Shown piece after piece: positions 1-12,451 of a stretch of 64,000 bases of DNA. Source of the stretch: Octopus sinensis (Eukaryota); contig NC_043001.1 in the NCBI RefSeq assembly GCF_006345805.1, forward strand, positions 102,176,001 to 102,240,000. Direction: 5' to 3'. Made by a program: the position numbers and the translations under genes. How positions within the stretch are numbered: position 1 is the first letter of the stretch; each line of letters starts with the position of its first letter. Below the pieces are notes generated by a model that was not told the origin of the DNA, ran no database searches, and was given only the letters and a program-made list of their open reading frames with translations.

Positions 1-976
1 AAAACTTCATCACCAATAAGCCCTTCACTTTTTCAAATCAGTGAAATGAAATATGAGAAAGATATAGCTGTTATTTCCAGCTAGGCTGGCTCATTGTGCC
101 TTGCTGCTGCACACACACACACACACCACACACACACACACACACATGCACACACACATATAACCATACATAATTAAACACCAAGAGGAAAACCACCAAG
201 CAGCTTCCTTGTTTGCTGAAAGAAGATGTCATATCTCCAAACCACAGAAAATATGTTCTCATACATAATAGCACAGTGGGTGTAAGCAGTCAAGACTATA
301 GGTAAAAGTTTAAAAGACTTGTTATTTTTCATGGTTTGAAGGTCTGACATTTTCTTTCAGCAAGCATGGAAACCACTTGGTGGTTTTCCTCTTAATGTAT
401 AATTACCCATGGTTATACACAAATATATATATATATATATATATTAATAAATAAAACATATGCATATATATAAACATATATGTACGTACCTACCTCTACA
501 TGTACATATATGAGTACAGGACACCAAAAAGACGTCGAACACAATGAGAAACGAAAACATAGACACAAACCCAAGGAATTGGACATTTTTTTAAACAACA
601 AAAAAATAGAGTACAGGACAATTAACACAAAGAAAAAACCCCTTCTTCAGTCGCTATGGTTTCATCTACTCTACGTTTCGAAGGTGATATATATATATAT
701 AAATATATAAATAATTTACAGTCTACGGACAATTTTTTTACGCATGCTGGTCACTTGTATAAATTATTATTTTTGATAATCTTTACCCTTAAAATATATA
801 TATATATCATTCGAGCTTGATTGTTGCCAGGGTCGCTGACTGGCTCCTGTGCCGATGGCACATAAAAAGCACCATTTGAGAAATTGATTGAAACTGTAAC
901 AATGTTTTTTTAATGTATGCCAACAGGGAGGGCAGTTGTTCAATGAGGAGGATGGTTCTTTGTGTATACACGAGAT

Positions 977-1092
977 TCATTTTTTATTAGTTTCTCCTAT
1001 AAGAGAGGAAAGGTCAGGCCCAAAGATATTGGCACTCTTCACTCTTCCGACTGGGAGATAATGTCCAGCTTGTGACACTTGCACATCTACGT
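977..1092 (-). CDS. Candidate terminal coding exon of an unidentified gene
   Basis: Strong acceptor (tttcctgcttgcatcttttctacag|) followed by an open phase-1 frame xVDVQVSQAGHYLPVGRVKSANIFGPDLSSLIGETNKK* with non-repetitive composition. No homology recognised. Confidence 0.3.
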
Positions 1093-2434
1093 CTGTAGAA
1101 AAGATGCAAGCAGGAAATGAACCAGAATTTTGGCCTGAATAATTGCAACAAAGTGAATTCCACTAAAAAAAATCCCCAACAACTAAAAGTTATTGTTAAA
1201 ACCGTGTATGATGCCTTCCATAGAATGTGTGTGTGTGTGTCTTTGAGAGAGCAATATGTCTTTCCACTCAGTTTCTCACAGATTTCCATAATTTTCTTCT
1301 CTGTTAAGTTCATATATGTCATATAAGAATATGAAAAGAGAACAAAGAAAAAACCCCTCAAAGACAAAACATTTCTCCATGAGATGTCAATATTGTTGTT
1401 GTTTTCCTTTGTTGTTTGTGTCTGTTTGTCTTTTCTATGGTTTCATGATGCCATGGCTGATATAATCATTTCTCCAAATTCTTTCAGACACAAGACCAGA
1501 ATTAGTATTCAGTAATGAAACTAGTTCTGATTCGGTAAATGTAATTATTACTCTTATATAATCACCGTTGTGTTCAAGGAATGGTGCTGGGGTGGGGCTG
1601 GGGATACGTAACATTGTCTGGCACTGTCAAAACAATTATTACATGACTTAAACTAAGTAAGAAGTAATTCTAATTAGAGAACAATGGATTATCATATAAT
1701 CCATACAGATCCATATATAATAGATTCCTATAGATCTATAGATATGAAGATCCATCTTTGTGTTGTTGTAACAACTTCAGACAGTGGCAGATAATGGGAA
1801 AGTATGACCAGGGATGTTGTTTGGTTGAGTCACACCGATAGTTCTCAACTGGGTTCCACATGGCCCTTTGGGGTTCCACATCAGATTTCCTTTTATTAAA
1901 ATGTGCTTTTTATTAAATTGCTTGTATTTCTTCAATACATCAAATATCTTAAAATTTTTTTGATGCAATTCCTAAAAATTCTAAAATTATAAGCATTGAA
2001 TGGCTGTGCAGGTCCATCGAGTAGAAGAGGAATTAAAGAGGGTCCATAGGTAAAAAACGGTCGAGAACCACTCAACTCCATGCATCTGTTACCTTATTGT
2101 TGAATATTACTAAACTATGGGGCAGAATGAAGACTTAAGGAAGCCAGGAAACATTGAAATTACAAATATTACATCCTCCATGTATGATACTTTTTTAATG
2201 GTTGCTTAGTTAAATTCCATTCTATCTTAGAGCTGTCCATTTTTAGTAATTTGAAAAATTACCAAATTACACATCAACATAACCACCTTCATCATCATAG
2301 CTTTACCATTCGTTATGTCTCCAGTAAAGCATATTATTGTATTTCTTGATCTTGTACCATCTCATCCTGTTATGGATTTAAGCCCTTCCCAAGTCTTCTT
2401 TTGTCAAGGTTACCAAAGGTGTCATCCATTAGCA

Positions 2435-3016
2435 TCACAATGGACGGTTTGACTGGAGATTGGCAAGCCAGGAGGCTGCACCAGGCTCCAATCTCATCAT
2501 GCAAGATTTCTACAGCTGGATGCTCTTCAGAATGCCAACCACTCTGAGAGTGTAGTGGGGGTGCTTTTTACAGGTCACTGGCACAAAGGCCAGTCAGGCA
2601 GTACTGGTATTGACTATGCTCGACTAGTGCTTTTCATGTGCCACCAGCATGGGTGCCAATTAGATGGTACTGTCATCGACCATGACAATGACTTCACTTG
2701 ACTCAACAGGTCTTCACAAGCGCAGTTTATTGCCCAATGATTGAAGGGTACTTCTTAAATGGGCTGGTTATGCTGCACTGGCATAGGCCATGGTTATGCT
2801 CTCACTTTAGTTGCCAGATCTTCTCAAGCACAGCATACCTCCAATGGTCTCAGACAGTTGTTATCACCTCCACGAGGCCCAACATTCTAATGTCATGCTT
2901 CACCACCTCATCCCAAGTCTTCCTGAGTCTACCTTTTCCACAGGTTCCCTCTACTGATTGGATGTGACACTTTTTCACACAGCTCTTCTCATCCATACAC
3001 AACACATGACCATACC
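2435..3016 (-). mobile_element. 5'-truncated RTE-clade LINE (ORF2 C-terminus + 3' UTR)
   Basis: Minus-strand peptide MDEKSCVKKCHIQSVEGTCGKGRLRKTWDEVVKHDIRMLGL is a typical RTE C-terminus; followed by the 3' UTR shared with many other copies in the window. Confidence 0.85.
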
Positions 3017-3471
3017 CGTGCAATACATACATACATACATACAACTCTGGCCAATAAGAAACCATAATTGCTTAAGAAATAGTTTTTTTTTCCCCCTTTT
3101 ACTAAGAATTGAATCAAACTTGTCTCCTTCAAGATAGTTCTTTCGACTGTTCAGTCATGTTCTCCAGTTTAACAATACCACCTGATAAGTGTTTTCAAGG
3201 GTTGGTACACTAACCCCATTGATTTTGTTCGGTCTCTTTGATTGTACACAGAAGTAGCTCCAGTGGGGGCTTAAATCCCTAGAGCAGGGAGTGAGTGAGG
3301 GATGAATGTCACCACATGATTTGTCAAAAATCTCACAAATAAAAAAACTTGTGAGCAACTTCATTGACCTTCTGTAACATTCAATACGTTCTTTGGGCCC
3401 CATTTCTTTTTTGTACTTTTATTCTCAGACACTTCAGGACATTCAAGTAAATATTCTATTGAACATAGACA

Positions 3472-3865
3472 GAGGTAAGGCTGTGTGCTAAAAGGTCTGC
3501 TTCCCAACCACGTGGTTCTGGGTTCAGTCCCACTGCATGGCAGCTGGGAGGTCTTCTGCTATAGCCTTGGGTCAACCAAAGACTTGTGAGTGGATTTGGC
3601 AGACAGAAACTGAAAGAAGCCCATCATGTATGTATGTGTGTGTGTAGCTCTGTGTTTGTCCCCCACCACTGTTTGACAACCGGTGTTGGTGTGTTTGCAT
3701 CCATATAACTTAGCAGTTCAGCAAATAAGACTGATAGAATAAATATCAGGCTTTAAAAAATGAAAAATAAGTACTGGGGTTGATTCGTTTGAATAAAATG
3801 CTTCAAGGTGGTGCCCCAGCATGGTCGCAGCCTAATGACTGAAACAAGTAAAAAATAACAGAAAA
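3472..3865 (+). mobile_element. tRNA-derived SINE (family B, OK-like)
   Basis: tRNA-like head with B-box GGTTCAGTCCC, central (TG)n tract, 3' ...gactgaaacaagtaaaa. Similar full or partial copies at ~14681-15060, 29480-29830(-), 32915-33260, 41420-41770(-), 43425-43840, 58610-58860, 60130-60685. Confidence 0.85.
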
Positions 3866-4672
3866 GATGAACAATTTGCTACCAATCAGAAACAAGACTA
3901 TCAACTCCACCTTCACATCTGAGTGGCAAATTCGTTTTGCTCCCAATAATGACCATCCAATTGAATGTGATGCTTGCCTTTTGGTTTCACCATCACGTAC
4001 ACCATGCTTTCTCGTCTGTTATGACAGTTTTGAGAGAGTTTATTTGCTATTCTCTTTTTATTCATCTCTCAACAGACACAACACAAATTATGTCACAAAA
4101 TGATGCATCTTCAATTTTTCTTTTAAAATCATGAGACACAGCTGTTACAGATGTCTCCTTCTTACAAAACTTTTCTGGGGACAATTTTTAAGGATCCCAG
4201 TATGTCCCTTGCAATATGATCATTGCCTGTAACCATAGAAACCCACTCTAGAATAGTCTTATTAATAGAAGTTCTCAAATTGAAAAACTAGAACTTATGA
4301 CATCACATATGGCCCGGACAATCCTTCTTACTGATCAGAACATCAGAACATTTCTCATAAAAGTTTTTCCCAATTGGAAGCAGATTTTCACCCAAACATG
4401 CTGTGCTTCCAAATTCTTTAGTGTTCAGCTTCAACAAATTATGAAGTGCACGAAACAGATAAGTAGACCTAAAGCACAAAAGATTGATGACTAAGAACAA
4501 TCAACGACTAAACAGATCAATGGCTATTATTAGACTGATCACCATTGGTTTTTATTACGTGAAACAATAAATTATTTCTATTAAATGACGCAATCAAAAC
4601 ATTGTTTGGGAGAATTATCAGTTGTGTAATTTTCTCTCTGAATCTTTGTTTCTAGTTTTGATAAGACATTAA

Positions 4673-4812
4673 TCATCATCATCGTTTAACGTCCGTTTTC
4701 CATGCTAGCATAGGTTGGACAGTTCGACTGGGGTCTGGAAAGTCAGGAGTCTGCACCAGGCTCTAGTCTGATCTGGCAGTGTTTCTACAGCTGGATGCTC
4801 TTCCTAACGCCA
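4673..4812 (-). mobile_element. RTE 3' UTR fragment
   Basis: (CAT)n tail plus cgtttaacgtccgttttccatgc...ctacagctggatgc motif common to all copies of this family. Confidence 0.8.
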
Positions 4813-4854
4813 ATATATATACACTTATATAAATACACTCTACATTTAAACACA

Positions 4855-5264
4855 TAAGAGGTATCCGTCATAGGATTCTTGGCATGCTAGCCAAAATCCA
4901 AACCACTATTAGGGATAAAACTTCAAAGGGAATGAAAAACAAAAACATTTACCATCTATCTCCTGAACCATGGTATCTGACTTTTTTTTAGCAAATAAAA
5001 TAATTTGCTAGGCGAAGTCTTCATCAGCAGGTACATCTAGATTAAACATATAAGTATGAGGCAATCCAGCATGTGCCCCGTGCTTATACATTATAATTTT
5101 TCAAATCCATTTATTTGCCTAAAAAAAAGTCAGAAACCATGGTCCAGGAGATAGATGGTAAATGTTTTTATTTTTCATTCCCTTCAAGGTTTTATCCCTA
5201 ATAGTAGTTTGTACTTTGGCTGTTCCTTCTAAAGTGCAAGGAATCCTATGACATCTACCTCTTA
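4855..5264. mobile_element. Foldback element with hammerhead motif (Penelope pLTR-like)
   Basis: Inverted arms ~4855-5003 and ~5109-5264 (e.g. accatctatctcctg / caggagatagatggt); HHR core on the minus strand spans the left arm and spacer. Confidence 0.65.
4958..5036 (-). ncRNA. Minimal type I hammerhead ribozyme motif (degenerate)
   Basis: Minus strand: CCTG-CTGATGA-a-GACTT...AAGTC-a-GATA-CCATGG-TT-CAGG. Stem I CCTG/CAGG, stem II GACTT/AAGTC, palindromic stem III. GAAA reads GATA here but is intact (GAAA-CCATGG-TC-CAGG) in the inverted arm at 5133-5148. Confidence 0.6.
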
Positions 5265-5660
5265 TTTTTCTACACGCTAGGCCACTGATAGTAAAAATTT
5301 CTAAAATCTTTATTACCCTGATATTATTAATTACATACATATATATATATATATATATCATACAGAATAATATAGCAAAATTCTATTTTGGCAGTAACTT
5401 CTCTAAGAGATTGGTTCCTTATATTACAGCATTTCTTTCTGTGATGTCCAGATCTCAGGTCTGCTGAATTTAAGAGTTCCAACCTCTGCTACAATATCTT
5501 CCCATCCCTGAATACTCCTGTCTCCCAGACCTTGCATTAAGTGATTTACAAAACATTCTTTCACAATTCTGTCATTTTCTGGGATTCCCTCATGGCCCCT
5601 GTTTTGTTTTTCTGTTGATATTCCAACATCCAAGCTGAATAGTAACTGTATCCTCCTCAC

Positions 5661-5738
5661 TCGTCCAGGAAAGGTTGCAAAAGGGGTGAGTCCATTCTCT
5701 TGGTTCTGGTCTAAATAATTCGAAAGAAGCCAAGTTGT
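5661..5738 (-). CDS. Candidate internal exon (78 nt) of an unidentified gene
   Basis: Acceptor ttttctactttgtag| and donor GA|GTGAGG. Two open frames: phase 1 xNLASFELFRPEPREWTHPFCNLSWT, or phase 0 TTWLLSNYLDQNQENGLTPFATFPGR (the latter stays open to 5424). Could instead be a decayed LINE endonuclease. Confidence 0.25.
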
Positions 5739-6429
5739 CTACAAAGTAGAAAACCACATTTCACCAAGAGTAGTAAAGCAAAATAATGTAAGGTGAAAAA
5801 CTGATGTAGAAGTGTGAGAGAAAGTTCCGGCACCAAACTTGTAAAATAACCATTTCATTGATGTGTTAATGTTTAGGTTGAGGAGAGGAGATGGTTGTTA
5901 TCAGAATATTTAACAGAAAGACTATTATCAGGAATGGTGAAATATCAATGTCGCTATCTTTCCACATCACTTTTCATAATCGATATGTAATTACATATAC
6001 TCAGGATATATTCTACAGAGATTAGACAGCCAAAATAGGTATCAACCATTCAGATTTCATGGTTGACTGATTTAGCCAAGAAAAGCTACATAAATTTGAA
6101 AATAAGGGAAAAGGATATAATTTTTATTCTAATGATCATTCCTAAAGCATTATGAAAATATGCTAAAATTGAAAAAAGAAAAAAGGTAAAACAAAAGATT
6201 TATTGATAATTCTGAATAATGGTATGGCTTGAAGGATGGATTTGTAGCTTACGTGGACATACCTTGGAGCATATGATTAAGTAATTAACACATGATTAAT
6301 TAAGATACACCATTGGTTAATTAATACATACAATTGATTAACAGGTATCAGGTGTCAGGGAGGAATAGTCATGTACACTGTTTGAAATCGCAGCCAAGTC
6401 AACTCTGCAATTTATCCTTTCAGGGTTGA

Positions 6430-6644
6430 TTAACCCTCCAAGCATTCAGATTGTCAAGCACAATGCTTTATTTATTCACACTCTTTTGAATTAATCATGT
6501 ATTATCTTGTAGCTTTAAGACTTGAATGATGTGATAGTTTATTTTTAGAATGACATTGTAGGGTAGGTGTGAGAGGCAGGATCTAGTAGGTTCGAACATA
6601 AAATAGGTAAAATATTTTGGCCAGTTTAAATGCTAAAGGTTTAA
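6430..6644. mobile_element. TTAA-flanked MITE (piggyBac-like ends)
   Basis: ttaaccct...agcatt / aatgctaaagg(g/t)ttaa termini; internal gtagggtaggtgtgagagg motif. Reverse-orientation copies at ~26563-26791 and ~36788-37030. Confidence 0.7.
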
Positions 6645-7093
6645 GAAATTGAGGGCAGAGGAATATGCACATGATAGTTTATATTCTGTTTTGTGTGATC
6701 ATAATAATTGATATTTGTTTGGCAGGCCTTCGCAGTAAATATATCATGCTTGGAATTCTATCAATAAACTGTCATTGATATTAAGCTTCAGATACCTCAG
6801 CAAAATCTGTGACTGAGTGGGTAGAATAAAACTGAAACCCTTGTGTATCCACTGTATCACCAGTGAAAACATGGAAAAGTGAATGTTAAAACAATGATGT
6901 ATGTTATACATACACATATGCATACTGTATTTTATAATATATGTATATACACACACACATATATTTAATATACACTTATATAGCATATAAGCAGATGTGT
7001 GTGTGTGTATGTGTGTGCTTGTGTGTATACATATTCAAGAGCATGTGAATGGCTGTTAAATGATGATTTGTGTGTGTATATTTATATATATGT

Positions 7094-7151
<58 letters not shown>

Positions 7152-8271
7152 TTATATATATATATATATATATATATAATACACACACACACACACACGC
7201 ATATATTCTTTAATAGTATATGATCATGATTTGGTTGATTAGCTAACTAATCAGAGATTGTGTTCTGCTATTAAAATTCCCTTCATGTCTTTTATTGAGG
7301 TGGTAAGATTTCAAGACATTTAACTGAACAAGTGATTGTACAAGAACTTATAACCGATTCCTTGAAAAGTCTGTGACACTTTGTCCAATGAACCATCGGC
7401 ATACATGACAATTATCAGAACTCTTTTTTTAACCCAGAAAATAATAATAAAAATGTAAAAAGTCTGTCATTTATAGTAATATAATATATTTATCTCTTTT
7501 TTTTTTATTTGGTTAATCACAAGAAATCTTTGTAAGTATTGACTAAAAAACAAAAAAAAAACCCAAAAAAACTTCATTATAAGAAATAGATTTCAAATAA
7601 ATAAAATAAATAATTGAATAACTTAATACTTCCTGTCTTAAATTCCATGAAGTCGTTGTTGCTGTTGGTTTTTAACTCCAAAATGTCTGCAGACTTGTAA
7701 ATATAAAAATACAAAAAAAAAAAATTAAGAATAAAAAGAAGCAAATTAATATTTTCCATTTCTGTTGCCAATGAATCATACAAAAACACACGAGTCTGGT
7801 AGTGACTAACTACCAAGTTCTGCTCTTCCGATCTCTTTCCTTTTAAGACACACTAACTCCCTGTCATGATGGGAAATGCCAGTATGGCCAGACCAGGACT
7901 CCGTCTCCTAGCATCCAATAGTACTTTAATGGAGGATGCCCCTGTTTCAGGGATGTCCCTGTCTCTGTTACACTTCCCGTCCGGCCTTACAAAAGGTATT
8001 TCAAATAACGAGTGGCCTCATTTGAAATCATCAACAGCCAGGGTCTGCACACAATCTTTGACATTCACTGAAGACCTTGATTTAGGCAAAGATCAGCATT
8101 GAAGCCATGCAGTTATGTGTGCTGTTACCTTGGGTGGAGGACATTTTCAGTCTGTCAAATCATCCCCTGCTCAAGATTGTGCTGTGTAACACTGGCCTCC
8201 ATGACAGAGAGGTTCTAAAGACCAAGAAATACGAAGACTCTTAGAAGAAACCCTTTGATTCTTGTCACATA

Positions 8272-8316
<45 letters not shown>

Positions 8317-8317
<1 letters not shown>

Positions 8318-8770
8318 ACCATCCAACCAATGCCAGCATGGGCAATGGAGGTTAAATGATGATGATTAGGAGACTTATTGAGTCAAGTACATCAACATCA
8401 AAATAAAAGTCAAATGAAAATTGTAGTTGTGATACCTGTGCTGGTGGCTTGTAAAAAGCACCATCCGAACGTGGCTGATGCCAGCGCTGCTTTGACTGGC
8501 TTCTGTGCCAGTGGCATGTAAAAAGCACCAACCAATCATGGCCATTGACAGCCTCCTCTGGCCCTTGTGCCAGTGGCACGTAAAAAGCACCCACTACACT
8601 CATGGAGTGGTTGGCATTAGGAAGAGCATCGAGCTGTAGAAACACTGCCAGATGAGATTGGAGCCTGGTGCAGCCTCCTGGCTTCCCAAACCCCAGTCAA
8701 ACCGTCCAACCCATGCCAGCATGGAAAACGGACGTTTAACGATGATGATGATTATGATGATGATGATGAT
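8317..8770 (+). mobile_element. RTE 3' UTR fragment(s)
   Basis: gtggcacgtaaaaagcacccactacact...ggacgtttaacgatgatgatg tail. Confidence 0.8.
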
Positions 8771-9059
8771 ATATATATATATAAGGGGAGAGAGAGAGAG
8801 AGAGAGAGAGAGTGAGAGCAGCTGCAATAGCTTTGAAGTAGTTGAGTTTGCTTATGATTGTGTGTGTGTGTGTGCGTGTGTGTGTGTGTGTGTGTATGTG
8901 TGCCTTTAATTAAAGAAAGGAGAAGTGAAATCCATGTTCTGTACTTTCCAGTGCACAAACACCTTTCATTTCATATCAAATAGAATCTCATGGCCTCAGG
9001 AATAGTTTAATTAGCAATCAACTTCTGAAATCAACTTACAACTGCAAATTTTATATCAG

Positions 9060-10115
9060 TCCATGATGCAACAACCAGGTTGTTTAGTTACCCTCTCGCT
9101 TCCCAACAGACCATGTCACCAAACGAGGGACTTTGTTGAAGGCTTTCTACAGGTCAAAGAATGCCAAGGCCAATGGTTTACTTCTGCAACAGTTGTCTTC
9201 TTACTAAGAAGAGGGCATCAGTGGCACTTTTCGCAGCACAAAACCAAGCTGCACTTCATCTGGTCCAGCAATTTGACACACCTGTAATCACCTCACAGTT
9301 ATGCTTGTGACAGCTGACTTAATGCTGCTACACCACTTGTCAAGTATGACACCTGCTTGAACAACCTGATTAACTACACAGGTGACAAGACTGTATCCTA
9401 CTCTGTCGGATATTTTAAGCATCTCAGCAGTAATTTCTGATGAACCAGGAGCTTTCCCTGTCTTCATATTCTTAATTACTTTATCTATGATGCTGCTGTG
9501 AACGCAGGTAGCCTTGTCCCTCTGTAAGACCAACAGTGGGAAGACCATCTTCCTCCCTAATATTCTCCATGTTTTAACAGCCTTTCAGAATAGCATTTCT
9601 AAGCTTCTTTCTTTTCAGAATCAATGAGTGCAAGAGTACCATTATCCATTCCCACTAATTTCTTACCCACAGCATCCAGATTTTTCTCTAAAGACTGCTT
9701 ATAATCCAGAACATGCCTCTGACCCTCATACTGAAGAATATTGGCAAATCTCCCCTTTTCTTTTACTCCCTTTGCTATGTAAACTTTTCACCAAATGTCC
9801 CTTCTAGCCACCAGCTGTATTTCTCTGCAAACCTCATTCTGCCAGTCCTTCCAAGCTTCTCTCTATGCCTTAAATAACTCTCTCCCCCACCACCATGTGA
9901 CCCTCGCTTTGGCCATGACTTTACACCTGCCACAGATTTTCTCAGTAGCTCTTAGTAAGTTGCTCAACACGAGCTTCCAGGCGTCCTCTGTGCAGAACGT
10001 GTTTGAACTCTTCCTTATTTTCAGGAAAAGCCTCAACTAAGAATGTCTCTAAGTTTCTGTCTGATGGGTTCTTCAGTTTCCTTCTTTTCCACACTGGTTT
10101 GTTTCTCTGAATCTC
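9060..10115 (-). mobile_element. Decayed RTE LINE, reverse-transcriptase N-terminal region
   Basis: Peptide VIKNMKTGKAPGSSEITAEMLK..VGYSLVTCVVNQVVQAGVILDKW matches the KAPGPD-type RT motif; downstream frameshifted FxDLEKAFDxV-like segment near 9130-9170. Confidence 0.8.
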
Positions 10116-10417
10116 TTTGGTCTGAAGTCACTGATGTGAGTGTGGCTACACACACACACATTGTAGGTAAGACTGTGTAGTTGCTTACCAAGCACAGGAC
10201 AAGCTTCTTTCAGTTTCCACCTGCCAAATTTACTCACAAGGCTTTGGTCAGCCTAGGGCTATAGCAAGAGACACTTGCTTTTGGTGCTCTTCACAGGGAT
10301 TGAACATAGAACCATCATGTGAATAGGAAGCAAGCTTTTCAATGATATAATCATGCTTGTGTGGCACTCATTAACATATGTATACTAGCTTAAAACTTGG
10401 TCAACTTGGAACTTATT

Positions 10418-10740
10418 CAGTTCTATATTTAAGAGATGAGGAATTATGAACATTATTTACATTTTACAGATATTTGTCCTCATCTTGTTTGTTGTTAACA
10501 CGTTTCAGCTGATATACCCTCCAGCCTTCATCAGGTGTCTTGGGGAAATTTTGAACCTGGATTCTCATTCCTAAGGTATTTTTCAATGTTGTTGTTATTA
10601 TTATTATTATTATTCAGGTCACTGCCATATACCCATGGACATATGGCATAGTGGTTAAGAGTGCGGGCTACTAATCCCAAGATTCTGAGTTCGATTCAAG
10701 GCAGTGACCTGAATAATGATAATAATAATAATGATATTAA
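10418..10740 (-). mobile_element. tRNA-headed, hammerhead-tailed short element, copy 1
   Basis: Shares a ~190-bp tail with 37795-38060 and 39695-39870; (TTA)n linker; tRNA-like head (tagtggttaagag...gagttcgattc) flanked by inverted repeats ttattcaggtcactgcc / ggcagtgacctgaataa. Confidence 0.8.
10496..10540 (-). ncRNA. Minimal type I hammerhead motif, degenerate copy
   Basis: Minus strand AGACAC-CTGATGA-A-GGCTG-gagggtatat-CAGCT-GAAA-CG-TGTT. Core intact, but a 3-nt deletion relative to the other copies removes the cleavage site/stem I register. Confidence 0.65.
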
Positions 10741-12451
10741 TAATTCTATACCTACTGTTACTCTCACCCCATCATGAGGAATAGTAGGAGTGTCATTGAA
10801 TAGTGAGAGAGGGGCGGTCTAAGTGTGACACACTGACACACCGAAATTAGTTTCCGCATTTATCATATTAGATATGTGTGTATATAGTTGACATATATAT
10901 GAGAGAGTGTGTGTGTGTGCTTGTGTCTCCTTGTCTTGGCATTGTGTGATAGTTGTAAACAATTGTCACTGTCATACAAGCAGTGAGAACCTGCCTGGCA
11001 GCCATGGGGGAAATCTTAACTTGCATGAGAACATGTAAGGGTTAGTGTCAGGGAAGGCACCCAGCCAAAGAAAAGTCTTCAACAAATTATGCCTGATCCA
11101 TGCAAGCATCGAAAAGTGGATGTTAAAATAATGATGATGATGATCTCTCATACACACATATACACACACAAAAACATGCACACAGAGGCATGTGTGTGTG
11201 TGTGTGTGCATGTGATGGTGGGGAAGTGTATCATGTGGTGGAGTGGCTGTGTACTGACAGGGAAGAGCCATACATTAAGCAGCTTCCTGATTTGCAATAC
11301 GAACCAGTCATTGGTTGTGAGTTGGAAGAACATAACAAGCACTGCTGCACCAAATGTAGCATCTCTCTCTTTCTCTCTCTCTCTATATATATATATATGT
11401 ATGTATAAATACATATATATTTATGTATGTATGTATAAATACATATATATTTATGTATGTATGTATGTATAAATACATATATATTTAAGTATGTATGTAT
11501 AAATATATATATGTGTATATATATAAGTATAAATATATGTATGTGTGTATATATATATATATCATCATCATCATCATATATGATGGGTGATATGCACAGA
11601 TACTCGTATGTATGTATTCTCTACCCCCATATACACACACACACATTCACCCAGGCATTGCATTTAATAGTAAATATGAAACACTGCAACAATTAAGTGA
11701 GAGAGGAAATGTATTTTAAGGACAAAAACAAGAACAGATTTAATATTTTCCTTTTCCTTGCTTTTCTTTTTTGATTTAATTCTTTTTTTTCACTTTTTTG
11801 CCTTCCTGCTTGCAATGAAATGTTGAATAAATCAATAGAATTGATTCTCGTCTGATAGAGGAGCAAACTGGCGAACGTTTCGTACAGTGTATGTCACACT
11901 AAGTATTCACCTGAACTCTGATTCTCCGATCTGATATACGAAGAAGTTTTCCGACTGCCACTTCACAAAGTTCATTTCAGCATTACTCTGCTAAACTAAA
12001 CCAGAAGCCATGCGAGTGTGGTGTATGAAGATGGGGGGGGGGGACTGCGAGCATGTAGTGAATTGCAGAGAGAGAGAGAGAGAGAGAGATAACGATGGAT
12101 GCAGACAGGGAGGGAATGATGACTTTACATAGTCCTCTGTTTTTACACACTCCAGTTGCTGGACTGTGGTCATACTGGATCACTGGGATAAAAGGTTTTT
12201 AGTGGATCAAATTGCACTCTTCTACAGTCAGAACGGATGAGGAGAGAACAAATGCATCTCAGTTAGATGGTCACCTCCTTCTGAAATGACTGGAAGTAGG
12301 AAGCAGTTGCTAGAGGGATGACAACTGTAAGGGATAACTTAAGGTATGGTAGTAAGGTATGGATATATACTTTAAAAACGGTTTGACTTGACCCCATCTG
12401 ACTTGACATTTTGTAGGTGCATAGGGTGGATTTCTCTCATCTGATATATAC

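Noticed and set aside
631-690. Minus-strand CCTTC-GAAA-CGTA...CTGAAGA-AGGGG, resembling a type II hammerhead
   Set aside because: Stem I cannot be paired convincingly; more likely the 3' half of a truncated pLTR hammerhead whose 5' half was lost at the (TA)n tract.
8060-8100. CTGAAGA-CCT..AGG-CAAA hammerhead-like string
   Set aside because: G12 is absent, there is no UH cleavage site and no stem I.
7790-8250. GC-richer segment with apparent acceptor/donor pair (8129-8214, minus) and ORF 7866-8102
   Set aside because: All three frames of the putative exon contain stops and no protein motif was recognised.
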